NCBI GenBank assembly: GCA_002719295.1
Contig: PBHC01000012.1
Coordinates: 84,676-148,675, forward strand
Source of the DNA: Chloroflexota bacterium
GTDB taxonomy: Bacteria; Chloroflexota; Dehalococcoidia; Lucifugimonadales; Lucifugimonadaceae
Length of the DNA stretch: 64,000 nt
Reading direction: 5' to 3'
Under the pieces are notes generated by a model. That model searched no databases and was not told the origin of the DNA. It saw only the letters and a program-made list of their open reading frames with translations. Shown one piece after another: positions 1 to 9,304 of this stretch (positions are counted from its first letter, which is position 1; each line of letters starts with the position of its first letter). Position numbers and translations under genes: made by a program.

Positions 1-512
1 TCTGCTACTGGAACACCTACCTTTGCCGGTGGGTTATTAGGATGCCCTGTAATACTCATAAGTCCACTCATTCCTTGTGCGACTAGGTCAAATCCTGCTC
101 TTTTAGCATATGGACCAGTACGACCAAATCCAGAAATAGAACAATATATAATTTTGTCATTTATTTTTTTTAAGTCTTTGTAACCTAAACCTAATTTTTC
201 CATTGTTCCAGTTCTATAATTTTCTATTATTACATCACTTTTTTTAACAAGAGATTTCATAGTTTCAATCCCATCTTGATTCTTGAAATCTATTACTACA
301 GATTCTTTATTGCGATTCAAGTTCATGAAACCGACCGACTCTCCATTTTTAAATGGACCCCATTTCCTAATGTCATCTCCTCCATTAGGTTTTTCAATTT
401 TTATTACCCTTGCTCCCATATCGGCCAAAATCATTGAGCAAAATGGTCCGGCTAATATTTGACTGCAATCTAAAACAGTCAAACCCTTTAAAATTCCAGA
501 ATTATTTATCAT
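1..512 (-). CDS. Family III CoA-transferase (CaiB/BaiF type), N-terminal part; 3' end lies beyond the window start
   Basis: My own minus-strand translation from the ATG at 512 gives MINNSGILKGLTVLDCSQILAGPFCSMILADMGARVIKIEKPNGGDDIRKWGP...GFDLVAQGMSGLMSITG. The LD.S..LAGP....LAD.GA.VIKIE motif is typical of this family. Absent from the ORF track because it is truncated. Confidence 0.8.
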   Translation of the reverse strand, partial: MINNSGILKGLTVLDCSQILAGPFCSMILADMGARVIKIEKPNGGDDIRKWGPFKNGESVGFMNLNRNKESVVIDFKNQDGIETMKSLVKKSDVIIENYRTGTMEKLGLGYKDLKKINDKIIYCSISGFGRTGPYAKRAGFDLVAQGMSGLMSITGHPNNPPAKVGVPVA

Positions 513-642
513 GATCTTTCCTATTTATAGTCTTTCTTGCTTAAAAAACACATTTTATAAAGAATTTGCATAATTAAGATATAATGAAATCAGAAATTAA
601 AAAATATTAAAAATAAAAAAAACTAAATAACTGGAGGTCATT

Positions 643-2181
643 ATGAATATGATCATAGCGGTTATCATTAGTATTTTAGCATCAGGATTAGTTGGTGTTG
701 CAGCAGGATACGTAGCAAGAGCATTTTTTGCAAATGGAGAGCTACGAAGAACAAAAGATGCTGTAGAAGGACAACTTAGAAGAGCGGAAGCTAGAAGTAG
801 AGAAATATTGGTTGAAGCCAAAGAAAATGCTCTGCAAATAAAAAGCGATGCTCAGCAAGGTATAAGTAATAGTCTTAGAGATATTCAAAGACAAGAAACA
901 CAATTAGAAACAAGAGAAGACAATTTAAAAAAACAAAATGTTGATCTTAAGAGAAAATTTGATGAAGTTGAAAATAAGGACAAGTCTCTAGAACTCGAAA
1001 GAGATAAAGTTAAAAAAATTGATGCTCAACAAGTAGAGGCTTTAGAAAAGATTTCTAATTATACTGCCAAAGAAGCTAAAGAAATACTAATTGATAAGAC
1101 GAATAAAGATATAGAATTTGAACTAGCTAAATTATACAAAGAGGCTGAAACTGAAATGTATAATCAAGCTGATGATAAAGCTAAAGAAATTCTAGCGTCT
1201 TCAATGCAAAGGTTTGCATCTGAAGTAGTTGGAGAATCTTCAGTTTCTTCTATAGAACTGCCAAATGAAGAAATGAAAGGCAGAATTATTGGAAGAGAAG
1301 GTAGAAACATCAGAGCCTTGGAAAATTTTACTGGTGTTGATCTAATTGTAGATGAAGAACCCAAATCAATTTCAATTTCATGCTTTGATCCAATAAGAAA
1401 ACAGACTGCTATAGTAGCTATAAACTCATTAATCAAGGATGGTAGAATTCATCCAGCTAGAATTGAAGAATTAGTTGATAAAGCTAAAAATGAAGTTAAT
1501 AGAGAAATAAAAAAAGCAGGTCAAAAAGCTGTATTTGATACAAATATTAAGGGTTTGAACGGAGAAGTAGTTGAGCTTATGGGAAGATTGAAATTCAGAT
1601 ACTCTTATGGAGAAAATGTATTGCAGCATTCAGTTGAAGTTGGGAGATTTGCTGGAATTATTGGTGCTCAAATTGGATTAGATGAAGAAATATGCAAAAC
1701 TGCTGGATTTTTACATGATTTGGGAAAAGCACTTACTCATGAAATTGAAGGCCCCCATGCAGAAATAGGTGCAGATGTGGCAGAAAGAAATAATTTGCCA
1801 TCTACTGTAGTAACTGCAATAAGGGAGCATCATGATAGAGAAATGAGTTGTGCTGAAAGTTATGTAGTCGCAGCCGCAGACGCTATATCTGCAGCTAGGC
1901 CTGGCGCTCGAAATGATTCATTGGAAAGATATATTGAAAGATTAACTGCTTTGGAAGAAATTGCCTTGGCCAAAGAAGGTGTTCAGAAATGTTATGCAAT
2001 ACAAGCAGGAAGAGAAGTTCGAGTAATGGTTGATCCTGATACCATAGATGACATTAAGGCGTCCTCATTGGCAAGAAGTATTTCAGAAGAAATTAAGCAA
2101 AAACTTAATTTCCCTGGCCAAATTAAAGTAATTGTTATTAGAGAAACAAGAGCCATAGAAACTACAGGAGATTTCAACTAA
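643..2181 (+). CDS. rny: Ribonuclease Y
   Basis: N-terminal TM helix, long coiled coil, KH motif GRIIGREGRNIRALE and HD motif LHDLGKA. 512 aa. GGAGG Shine-Dalgarno at 633-637. Confidence 0.95.
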   Translation: MNMIIAVIISILASGLVGVAAGYVARAFFANGELRRTKDAVEGQLRRAEARSREILVEAKENALQIKSDAQQGISNSLRDIQRQETQLETREDNLKKQNVDLKRKFDEVENKDKSLELERDKVKKIDAQQVEALEKISNYTAKEAKEILIDKTNKDIEFELAKLYKEAETEMYNQADDKAKEILASSMQRFASEVVGESSVSSIELPNEEMKGRIIGREGRNIRALENFTGVDLIVDEEPKSISISCFDPIRKQTAIVAINSLIKDGRIHPARIEELVDKAKNEVNREIKKAGQKAVFDTNIKGLNGEVVELMGRLKFRYSYGENVLQHSVEVGRFAGIIGAQIGLDEEICKTAGFLHDLGKALTHEIEGPHAEIGADVAERNNLPSTVVTAIREHHDREMSCAESYVVAAADAISAARPGARNDSLERYIERLTALEEIALAKEGVQKCYAIQAGREVRVMVDPDTIDDIKASSLARSISEEIKQKLNFPGQIKVIVIRETRAIETTGDFN

Positions 2182-2190
2182 GGAGATATA

Positions 2191-2961
2191 TTGAAAATTC
2201 TCATGATAGGAGATGTAGTGGGTAAAGGGGGAAGAAGAACTCTTTCAACTTTACTTCCTGAATTGATTGAAGAGCAAAATATTGATTTTGTTATAGCTCA
2301 AGGAGAAAATTCTGCAGGAGGTTTTGGAATAACAAAAAAAACTTCAAAAGAATTTTTTAATTGTGGAGTTGATGTAATAACTTCGGGGAATCATATTTGG
2401 GATAAACCTGATATTTTTGAAGAACTTGATGTTATAAATTCTAAAATATTAAGGCCAAATAACTATCCGAAAACAAAACCAGGGACCGGAATCTATTTTA
2501 ATAACGAAATTATAGTTATAAATCTTTTAGGATCAGTTTGGATGGGAGAAATAGAATCCCCATTTGATTCTATTTCTTCAATTTTAGATGAACTACCTGA
2601 CGTTCCAACTTTTATTGATTTTCATGCAGAAGCAACTTCGGAAAAAGCAGCTTTAGCATGGTATCTAGATGGAAGAATTTCAGCATTAGTAGGTACCCAT
2701 ACACACGTCCCAACTTCTGATAATAAGATTTTGCCAGAAGGAACAGGATTTGTTTCGGATCTAGGAATGGTAGGAGGAAAAAATACTATTTTAGGAATGG
2801 ATAAAGATGCATCAATTAATCGTTTTTTTAACGGAAAAAGAATAAGGATGAACCCCGTAGAAAAGGGGGATATGGTATTTAATTCTGTATTAATTGATAT
2901 AGATAAATCAAGTAAAAGAACCAAGTCTATAACTAGAATAGATAGAGAAATTCATATCTAA
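2191..2961 (+). CDS. ymdB: YmdB-like metallophosphoesterase (2',3'-cyclic-nucleotide 2'-phosphodiesterase family)
   Basis: MKILMIGDVVGKGGRR...GENSAGGFGIT...GNHIWD...GTHTHVPT metallophosphoesterase motifs. TTG start preceded by AAGGAG. Sits immediately downstream of rny, as in Bacillus. Confidence 0.85.
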   Translation: MKILMIGDVVGKGGRRTLSTLLPELIEEQNIDFVIAQGENSAGGFGITKKTSKEFFNCGVDVITSGNHIWDKPDIFEELDVINSKILRPNNYPKTKPGTGIYFNNEIIVINLLGSVWMGEIESPFDSISSILDELPDVPTFIDFHAEATSEKAALAWYLDGRISALVGTHTHVPTSDNKILPEGTGFVSDLGMVGGKNTILGMDKDASINRFFNGKRIRMNPVEKGDMVFNSVLIDIDKSSKRTKSITRIDREIHI

Positions 2962-3788
2962 TGTATGCAGATTTACATATCCATACAGATTTTTCAGATG
3001 GTATTTATTCTCCAAAAGAAATACTTTTAAAAACTGAAAAATCGAGATTAAAAAAAATTGCGATAACGGATCATGATAATTTCTCAGGAAGCATTCAAGC
3101 TAGTAATATTATTAAAGAGTCTAATTTTTCATTTGAATTAATACCTGGTGTTGAATTTTCTTGTTCAAATGGTGCTGAAGAGTATCATATTGTAGGTTTA
3201 TTTATTGATTTTGAAAATTATGAAATAAACAATCTAATTTCAATGATGCAGCTAAAAAGATTGGATGCAATAAAAAAAATAGTAAAATTTTTAGATTCAC
3301 AAAACATAAAATTATCATTAGAGGATGTTATTGCTAACTCTAAAGGATCAATTGGAAGGCCTCATATAGCATTAGAGCTAATAAAAAAAGGATATGTACG
3401 ATCTGTGAATGAAGCCTTCGAAAAATTTCTTTCAAATAATCATATAAAAAATATAAAAGAGCCTCGTATGACTGTATTAGAAGCGATCGAAGCTATAAAA
3501 AAATCTAATGGTGTTTCTATATTGGCTCATCCAAATATAAAGGGAAAAAATTTAAAAAAAACAATCAATTCATTTAAAGAATTGGGCCTATCTGGTGTAG
3601 AAGTCCATTCACCAAGATATGGTTTGAATAGACAAAAAGAATTATTACAAATTTGTGATAATTTAAATTTAGTAATTTCAGGTGGAAGTGATTTTCATGG
3701 GATGCATAAAGGAATTGAAATAAGTAAATCAAATGCTATTTCTAAATTTGAGTTTGAATCAATACGTAACATAAAAAATTCTATTTAG
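2961..3788 (+). CDS. PHP-domain phosphoesterase (TrpH/YciV-like)
   Basis: N-terminal YADLHIHTDFSDG, ITDHD and later AHP / GGSDFHG metal-ligand motifs. Its start overlaps the ymdB stop (TAATG). Confidence 0.8.
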   Translation: MYADLHIHTDFSDGIYSPKEILLKTEKSRLKKIAITDHDNFSGSIQASNIIKESNFSFELIPGVEFSCSNGAEEYHIVGLFIDFENYEINNLISMMQLKRLDAIKKIVKFLDSQNIKLSLEDVIANSKGSIGRPHIALELIKKGYVRSVNEAFEKFLSNNHIKNIKEPRMTVLEAIEAIKKSNGVSILAHPNIKGKNLKKTINSFKELGLSGVEVHSPRYGLNRQKELLQICDNLNLVISGGSDFHGMHKGIEISKSNAISKFEFESIRNIKNSI

Positions 3789-3796
3789 CTTATAAA

Positions 3797-4438
3797 ATGT
3801 TAATAACCATAATTTTCTCTATTATTTTTTATTTTCTAGGTTCTTTTCCTACTAGTTATATTTTAGGAAAAAAAATACAACAGATTGATATTCTAACTCA
3901 AGGTTCAATGCATTCAGGATTGTCAAATATTTATAAATTTTCTTCTAAAAAATCAATTCTTCTTATTTTATTTGTTGATGTACTAATCAAAGGTTTTGTT
4001 CCAACTTCCCTGCTTATTATTTTTTTTGATGAATTGATTTTTATTTCTGTTTTTTTAATTATTGGGCATAATTGGTCAGTTTTTTTAAAATTTAAAGGAG
4101 GTAAAGGATTATCTGTATCCATTGGAATATTAGCGGGTATAAATATATTTCTATTTATTATTTTGTTTGTATCTTTTTTGTTTTTTTGGATAATATTAAA
4201 ATTTAAAGATAGCTCTATGCCTTGGATTTTTTCATTTTTATTTACTGTAGCAGCCATGATTTTTGACAGTTTATTTTTTAATCTTTTTTCAGAATCTATA
4301 TTTAAAATGTCTAATTACTTAGTTATTGTTGTTTTTTTATTATTGTTATTTAGAAGAATTTTAGGAAACGGAGAATATAATAACCTTAATCGTAAAATTT
4401 TATTTAATAGATTAATATTTGATAGAGATGAAATGTAA
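3797..4438 (+). CDS. plsY: PlsY-family glycerol-3-phosphate acyltransferase-like membrane protein (divergent motif 2)
   Basis: GSFPTSYILGK and HNWSVFLKFKGGKGLSVSIG match PlsY motifs 1 and 3. Motif 2 reads GSMHSGLSN instead of GSGNxGATN. Polytopic membrane protein. Confidence 0.65.
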   Translation: MLITIIFSIIFYFLGSFPTSYILGKKIQQIDILTQGSMHSGLSNIYKFSSKKSILLILFVDVLIKGFVPTSLLIIFFDELIFISVFLIIGHNWSVFLKFKGGKGLSVSIGILAGINIFLFIILFVSFLFFWIILKFKDSSMPWIFSFLFTVAAMIFDSLFFNLFSESIFKMSNYLVIVVFLLLLFRRILGNGEYNNLNRKILFNRLIFDRDEM

Positions 4439-4992
4439 TGCAAAATTGCTATTATCATAAAAATAAAGAAACCGTTCTAACGTGTTCAAGATGTAATAAG
4501 CCGATTTGTAATGATTGTACAAGTGATTCATTAGTAGGAATTAAATGTATTGATTGTGGGTCTATAGGTAAGCCAGATATTTTAAATGTATCTATCAAAA
4601 ATTTTTTTACAATCATAATCGGGAGTTTGATTTTTTCAATTTTCTCCTCATTTTTATACTCTTTTCTAATAGTTATAATTTTAAATATAGATATTTTAGG
4701 TAATATTCAATCTACTGCAATTATGTTCTTAAAAGTAATAACTTTAATACTTTTAGTTTTATTTGGAGTATTAAATGCTGAGCTTATAATTAGAATTTCT
4801 AGAAAAAAAATAAATAAAACATTCCCCATTATATCTGCAATAACTACCTTGTCTTATTGGATTTTTATATATCTATTTTTTTCTTCAATTTTTGCCTCTT
4901 ATCAAGTATGGTGGTATCAGTTTTTCTATCAACCAGTTGCTATGTTAGGATTAGGACTATCAATATATTTATCATATTCAAGAGTAAAATGA
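4438..4992 (+). CDS. Membrane protein with N-terminal double Cys-X2-Cys zinc ribbon; function unknown
   Basis: CYYHKNKETVLTCSRCNKPICNDC...CIDCG is followed by about 4 predicted TM helices. Start overlaps the plsY-like stop (TAATG). Confidence 0.6.
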   Translation: MQNCYYHKNKETVLTCSRCNKPICNDCTSDSLVGIKCIDCGSIGKPDILNVSIKNFFTIIIGSLIFSIFSSFLYSFLIVIILNIDILGNIQSTAIMFLKVITLILLVLFGVLNAELIIRISRKKINKTFPIISAITTLSYWIFIYLFFSSIFASYQVWWYQFFYQPVAMLGLGLSIYLSYSRVK

Positions 4993-4999
4993 GGGATTT

Positions 5000-6157
5000 A
5001 TGAAAAGAACAAAAATTGAAAAAATTGAAACAATTTTATGGGATAGATGGCTTTTATTAAAAATTTATTGCGAAGATGGTACCGTTGGCATTGGAGAGGG
5101 AGGTGTTCATGGCTGGCAGAGACCAACTAAAACTATGATCGAAACGATGGAACCTTATTTATTAGGCAAAGATCCATCTTTAATTGAGCACCATTATCAG
5201 TGGCTATATAGATCAAGTCACTTTATGGGATCTGTTGTTCAGGGAGCTCTCTCTGCAATAGACATAGCGTTATGGGATATAAAAGGAAAAAGATTAAATG
5301 TGCCTATTTATGAGTTATTGTCTGGTAAAACAAGAGATAAAGTTCGTTGTTATATGCATGTAGGAATGTACAACCCAGATTCCAAATCTAAATTAGGAAC
5401 AACCGATGCTTTGGTAGAAGATGCATTAGAAGCAGTTAAAAGGGGTTTTACAGCAGTTAGATTTTCTCCATATAACGATAAATTTTATCTACATAAATCT
5501 TTTAGTGAATGGGCAACTGAATCTGTTAATAACGTAGGAGCAGTAAAGGAAGCTGTGGGCGATGCAGTTGATGTTTGTGTAGAAATACATAGGCAAATGA
5601 GTCCAGCTGAAGGAATAAGCTTGGGTAAAAGATTAGAAGAATTTTCGCCATTTTTTTATGAGGACCCTATGCTTCCAGACTCACCAAACTTAATGGCAGA
5701 AATTCAAAACAATTGTAATATTCCTATAGCTACAGGAGAAAGATTTACTAGTATTTATGAATTTCAACAATTACTTGAAGCTAAGGCAACAAGTTATATT
5801 CGGCCAGATTTATGTCTTGCTTCTGGAATTAGTGGTTGTAAGAAAATTTCAGCTATGGCTGAATCTCATCACATAAAGGTAATCCCTCATAATCCTTTAT
5901 CTCCCGTTTCTACAGCAGCTTGTGTACAGCTTGATGCCTCAATACCAAATTTTGCATTACAAGAATTTACTGGAGAAGATAAACCTCCTAAGAGTGATTT
6001 GATTGAAAATCCAATTAAGCTAGATAGTGGTTACTTAATTGTTCCAGAGGAGCCGGGGTTGGGTATTTCTTTAAATGAAAAAACATTAAAATTGGGTGAA
6101 AATCCAAAAATACTTGAAACACCAATTGGTTTTGATGGTTCAGTTCAAGATAGATAG
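5000..6157 (+). CDS. Enolase-superfamily dehydratase, D-galactonate/D-mannonate dehydratase subgroup
   Basis: 385 aa. The N-terminus (IETILWDRWLLLKIYCEDGTVGIGEG), AIDIALWDIKGK, ATGER, IRPDL and HNP follow the E. coli DgoD pattern as I recall it. Substrate not assignable. Confidence 0.8.
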   Translation: MKRTKIEKIETILWDRWLLLKIYCEDGTVGIGEGGVHGWQRPTKTMIETMEPYLLGKDPSLIEHHYQWLYRSSHFMGSVVQGALSAIDIALWDIKGKRLNVPIYELLSGKTRDKVRCYMHVGMYNPDSKSKLGTTDALVEDALEAVKRGFTAVRFSPYNDKFYLHKSFSEWATESVNNVGAVKEAVGDAVDVCVEIHRQMSPAEGISLGKRLEEFSPFFYEDPMLPDSPNLMAEIQNNCNIPIATGERFTSIYEFQQLLEAKATSYIRPDLCLASGISGCKKISAMAESHHIKVIPHNPLSPVSTAACVQLDASIPNFALQEFTGEDKPPKSDLIENPIKLDSGYLIVPEEPGLGISLNEKTLKLGENPKILETPIGFDGSVQDR

Positions 6158-6161
6158 TCTA

Positions 6162-7469
6162 TTAGTATAAATTTTCTAAATCATAGGTTGATTTAGGGAT
6201 ATTCTCAGACAAATTTTTTGGACCAGATTTAGTTATAAGAATATCATCTTCAATTCTTATTCCTATATTTTTATATTTTTTTGATTTTTTTTGAGCCATA
6301 TCTCCAAAATATAAGCCAGGCTCAATTGTAAGTATCATTCCTTCTTGGAATTTAGTGAAATTTTCATCTCTATCTTTGTATTTTCCTGAATCGTGTACAT
6401 CAAGTCCTAACCAGTGAGAAGTTGAATGCATATAAAAAGGGACATAAAGTTTTTTTTCAATTATTTCATCCACAGATTCATTCAAAATATTAATTTGTTT
6501 TAAACCTTCTATAAGAGTTGTCAAAGCTTTTATATGTGGGTCATTTATAGTATTTCCTATTTTGCATTCTTCTATTGCTTTTATGTTTGCTTCCAACACT
6601 ATTTCATAAATATCTTTTTGTTCTGATTTAAATTTTCCGTTTACTGGCCATGTTCTAGTAACATCTGCGGAGTAATAATCCCATTCTGCTCCAGCGTCTA
6701 TTAGCAAAAGTGAATCTTCTTCTAATTCTTTATTATTTTCAATATAATGCAAAATGCATGAATTTTTCCCCGAGGCAACAATTGAAGGATATCCATTTCT
6801 TTTTGCACCATTCATTCTGAATTCCTTTTCCATGATTTCCTGGACTTCATACTCATAAATTCCTGGAGTGGAAAATTTAATAGCTTCGATAAAGCCTTTT
6901 TCGGTTAAATCTATAGCGCTTTGTATTAATTCGATTTCATTATTACTTTTAATTAATCTCATGGAGTCTATACGCACTGAAGGGTCTATAATTTGTGGGT
7001 TAGGATTTCCAGTTCTTGATTTAGTTCTATTAAAATCTTTAATACTTTTTAGAATTAATTTATCTATTTTTTCAGATGAACCAAGGTCATAATATATTTT
7101 TTCAGAACCTAATAATAATTCTGTCAACTTATCGATCTGGCTGTTGTTATATGTTTTATCGGCCAAATAGAAGGATTTAGCTTTATCTTTTCCTATTCTA
7201 TAACCTGTCCAAACTTCTTCTTCTACTTTTTTTTCTTGAGTGAATAAAATATATTTTTCAGAATCTTTTTTTTGTAAAATCATTAAAGCTTCAGGTTCTT
7301 CAATGCCTGTGAAATACCAAAAATCTGAGCTCTGTCTAAACTCATAATTCACATCATTATTTCTAACTTTTTCTACTTCCCCGCTAATCACAAGAATTGA
7401 GTTTTCTTCCATACTGGAAAATAATTTTTTTCTTCTATTTTGATATTCTGTTTGAGAAATTATTTTCAT
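6162..7469 (-). CDS. pepP: Xaa-Pro aminopeptidase (M24B)
   Basis: AMP_N-type N-terminus (FRQSSDFWYFTGIEEPEA) and M24 metal-ligand context (DAGAEWDYYSADVTRT, HWLGLDVHD, EPG). Confidence 0.9.
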   Translation of the reverse strand: MKIISQTEYQNRRKKLFSSMEENSILVISGEVEKVRNNDVNYEFRQSSDFWYFTGIEEPEALMILQKKDSEKYILFTQEKKVEEEVWTGYRIGKDKAKSFYLADKTYNNSQIDKLTELLLGSEKIYYDLGSSEKIDKLILKSIKDFNRTKSRTGNPNPQIIDPSVRIDSMRLIKSNNEIELIQSAIDLTEKGFIEAIKFSTPGIYEYEVQEIMEKEFRMNGAKRNGYPSIVASGKNSCILHYIENNKELEEDSLLLIDAGAEWDYYSADVTRTWPVNGKFKSEQKDIYEIVLEANIKAIEECKIGNTINDPHIKALTTLIEGLKQINILNESVDEIIEKKLYVPFYMHSTSHWLGLDVHDSGKYKDRDENFTKFQEGMILTIEPGLYFGDMAQKKSKKYKNIGIRIEDDILITKSGPKNLSENIPKSTYDLENLY

Positions 7470-8005
7470 AACTTAAAGTAATTTTCTTTGTACCATTTTA
7501 ATTCATTTATACTTTCCCTAATATCATTCAAGGCAAGATGAGAATTCTTTTTTTCAGGTTCGTTTTTATCGGCTTGGTACCACCTTTTTATAACTTCCTT
7601 AAAAGAAGATACGTCAATCATCCTATAATTTAGATAATTATCTAACTTTGGCATTTCTTTGTGAATAAATCTTCTGTCTATATGAATAGAATTTCCACAT
7701 AAAATACCCTTGTTTTCATCAACCCATTGAGAAATAAAACTGACGTTTATATCATCAGCTTCTGAAATACTAATTTTTGAGTTTCTAACCTTATCTAAAA
7801 GGCCTGATTCAGTATGAACCCTTAAAGGCCAATCTTCAGTTATTTTTAATTCTTCTTCTGTTCTTTTAATTACTATATTTGGACCTTCTTCTAAAATCTC
7901 TAATTCTTTATCAGTGACTATGCACGCGGTTTCTATTATCAGTTGGTTGTCTGACAAACCCGTGAATTCAAGGTCCATCCAAATTAAGTTATCTTTTTTT
8001 GCCAT
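7466..8005 (-). CDS. orn: Oligoribonuclease
   Basis: 179 aa. NLIWMDLEFTGL DEDD-exonuclease motif and C-terminal HLALNDIRESI. 4-nt overlap with the pepP start. Confidence 0.9.
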   Translation of the reverse strand: MAKKDNLIWMDLEFTGLSDNQLIIETACIVTDKELEILEEGPNIVIKRTEEELKITEDWPLRVHTESGLLDKVRNSKISISEADDINVSFISQWVDENKGILCGNSIHIDRRFIHKEMPKLDNYLNYRMIDVSSFKEVIKRWYQADKNEPEKKNSHLALNDIRESINELKWYKENYFKL

Positions 8006-8045
8006 TTTAGTAAAATGTAATTATTTACTATAATTTTATCAACAA

Positions 8046-9008
8046 ATGCTAAAAACATATACCATTCCTATAACTACTAAACAAATTACAAATTTATATG
8101 ATTTATGGGTAAATAATGGTTTTGAAAATGAAAAAAATATTGATATTAATAAAAACTTATTATCTGGATCAGAAGTTAAATCAAATCAAATAAAATTATA
8201 TGTTTATGAAAAAGCAGCAACTGTACTAAGTAGTGCAATAATAATAATTAATAATAATAACCCCTCAATATCAGGAGTAGGTGAAGTTTGTACCTCAGTA
8301 AATTCTCGTGGGAAAGGATTAGCTAATACTCTTTGTGAAAAAATAGTGGATGATTATTTTTTGAATAATCAAAGTAGAGCAATTTTTCTTGGAACTATAA
8401 ATCCTGTAGCTGAAAAAATTTATAAATCACTAGGATGGCAAATGATAAAAAATACAAATGTCATGTTTAATTCAAAAAATCAGGATGATTTTGAATCATT
8501 TTTACTAACTTATAACAAACCTAATTCTACAAAAATTATTACGAAAGGTAATAGCGATTTTAGGATTTCAATTATCCCTTTTGTACTATCTCAAAGATCA
8601 AAAAATCAAATAGACTTAAACTCAAAAGTTAATTTAATAAATAAATTATCCAGTTGTTTGGGTTTATATAACAAATATGATTCCCTTTATGTAAAAAAAG
8701 GAAATTGGTTTTCTGTATCTGACAAAGAAAATAGACTTTTTTCAATTGTTTCTTATTTAGAAAAAGAAGATAAAAAATTTAGAATAGATGGTTTATTCAA
8801 CTATTTATATTATGACGAGGCAAAAAAATTAGTTGAATTTGTTATAAATAAATTAGTAAATCAAAAACCTAATAAAATTTCTGTTGAAATTTATAAAAAA
8901 GATACTTCAAAGCTACAAATGTTTCATGAATTAGGTTTTATAGAGAAAAATAATATCCAAAAGAAAATTGACGGAAAAGATTTGGAGTTCAAGGAATTTA
9001 TTTTATAA
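8046..9008 (+). CDS. Hypothetical protein with GNAT-like acetyl-CoA binding motif
   Basis: VNSRGKGLANTLCEKIV resembles GNAT motif A (R/Q-x-x-G-x-G/A). At 320 aa it is about twice the length of a single GNAT domain. Weak assignment. Confidence 0.45.
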   Translation: MLKTYTIPITTKQITNLYDLWVNNGFENEKNIDINKNLLSGSEVKSNQIKLYVYEKAATVLSSAIIIINNNNPSISGVGEVCTSVNSRGKGLANTLCEKIVDDYFLNNQSRAIFLGTINPVAEKIYKSLGWQMIKNTNVMFNSKNQDDFESFLLTYNKPNSTKIITKGNSDFRISIIPFVLSQRSKNQIDLNSKVNLINKLSSCLGLYNKYDSLYVKKGNWFSVSDKENRLFSIVSYLEKEDKKFRIDGLFNYLYYDEAKKLVEFVINKLVNQKPNKISVEIYKKDTSKLQMFHELGFIEKNNIQKKIDGKDLEFKEFIL

Positions 9009-9272
9009 TTTCATATTAAACTTTTCTTCTAAAATAATTTTGAAGAATTTTTTTTCTGTGTTTTTTGAAATTTTATATTTTTTATATATAGATTCTTTTT
9101 CTTTGATTAATATTCTTGCAATCCCCTCTCTATATTTTTTTGCAATTTTAAATAACTCTGGATCAACTTTATTTTTACTATAAATTACAGGAATTTCATT
9201 GTGTAATTTAAATGAAATGCCTTTAGAAATTAATAGTTTTAGAACTTCTTTTGATTCATTAATTGTAACCAT
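9003..9272 (-). CDS. Small hypothetical protein (89 aa), N-terminal region resembles a TubC_N-type docking fold
   Basis: Balanced Lys/Glu-rich composition. Preferred over the overlapping low-complexity plus-strand ORF 8968-9183. The pattern VLKLLISKGISFKLHNEIPVIYSKNKVDPELFKIAKKYREGIARIL is assigned from memory only. Confidence 0.4.
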   Translation of the reverse strand: MVTINESKEVLKLLISKGISFKLHNEIPVIYSKNKVDPELFKIAKKYREGIARILIKEKESIYKKYKISKNTEKKFFKIILEEKFNMKL

Positions 9273-9280
9273 AATTTATT

Positions 9281-9303
9281 TTGTATACTAAAGAGGTATA
9301 CAA
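9281..9303. repeat. Perfect 8-bp inverted repeat with 7-nt loop (TTGTATAC-TAAAGAG-GTATACAA)
   Basis: Read directly. Lies 1 nt after the MlrC-like stop and 8 nt before the start of the 89-aa ORF. No U-tract follows on the transcribed (minus) strand. Confidence 0.5.
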
Positions 9304-9304
9304 T

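Noticed and set aside
8968-9183. Plus-strand 71-aa ORF overlapping the 89-aa minus-strand ORF
   Set aside because: Its product is a hydrophobic, low-complexity Phe/Ile/Leu/Ser string that overlaps the end of the upstream gene. The minus-strand frame has a balanced, protein-like composition. The choice remains uncertain.
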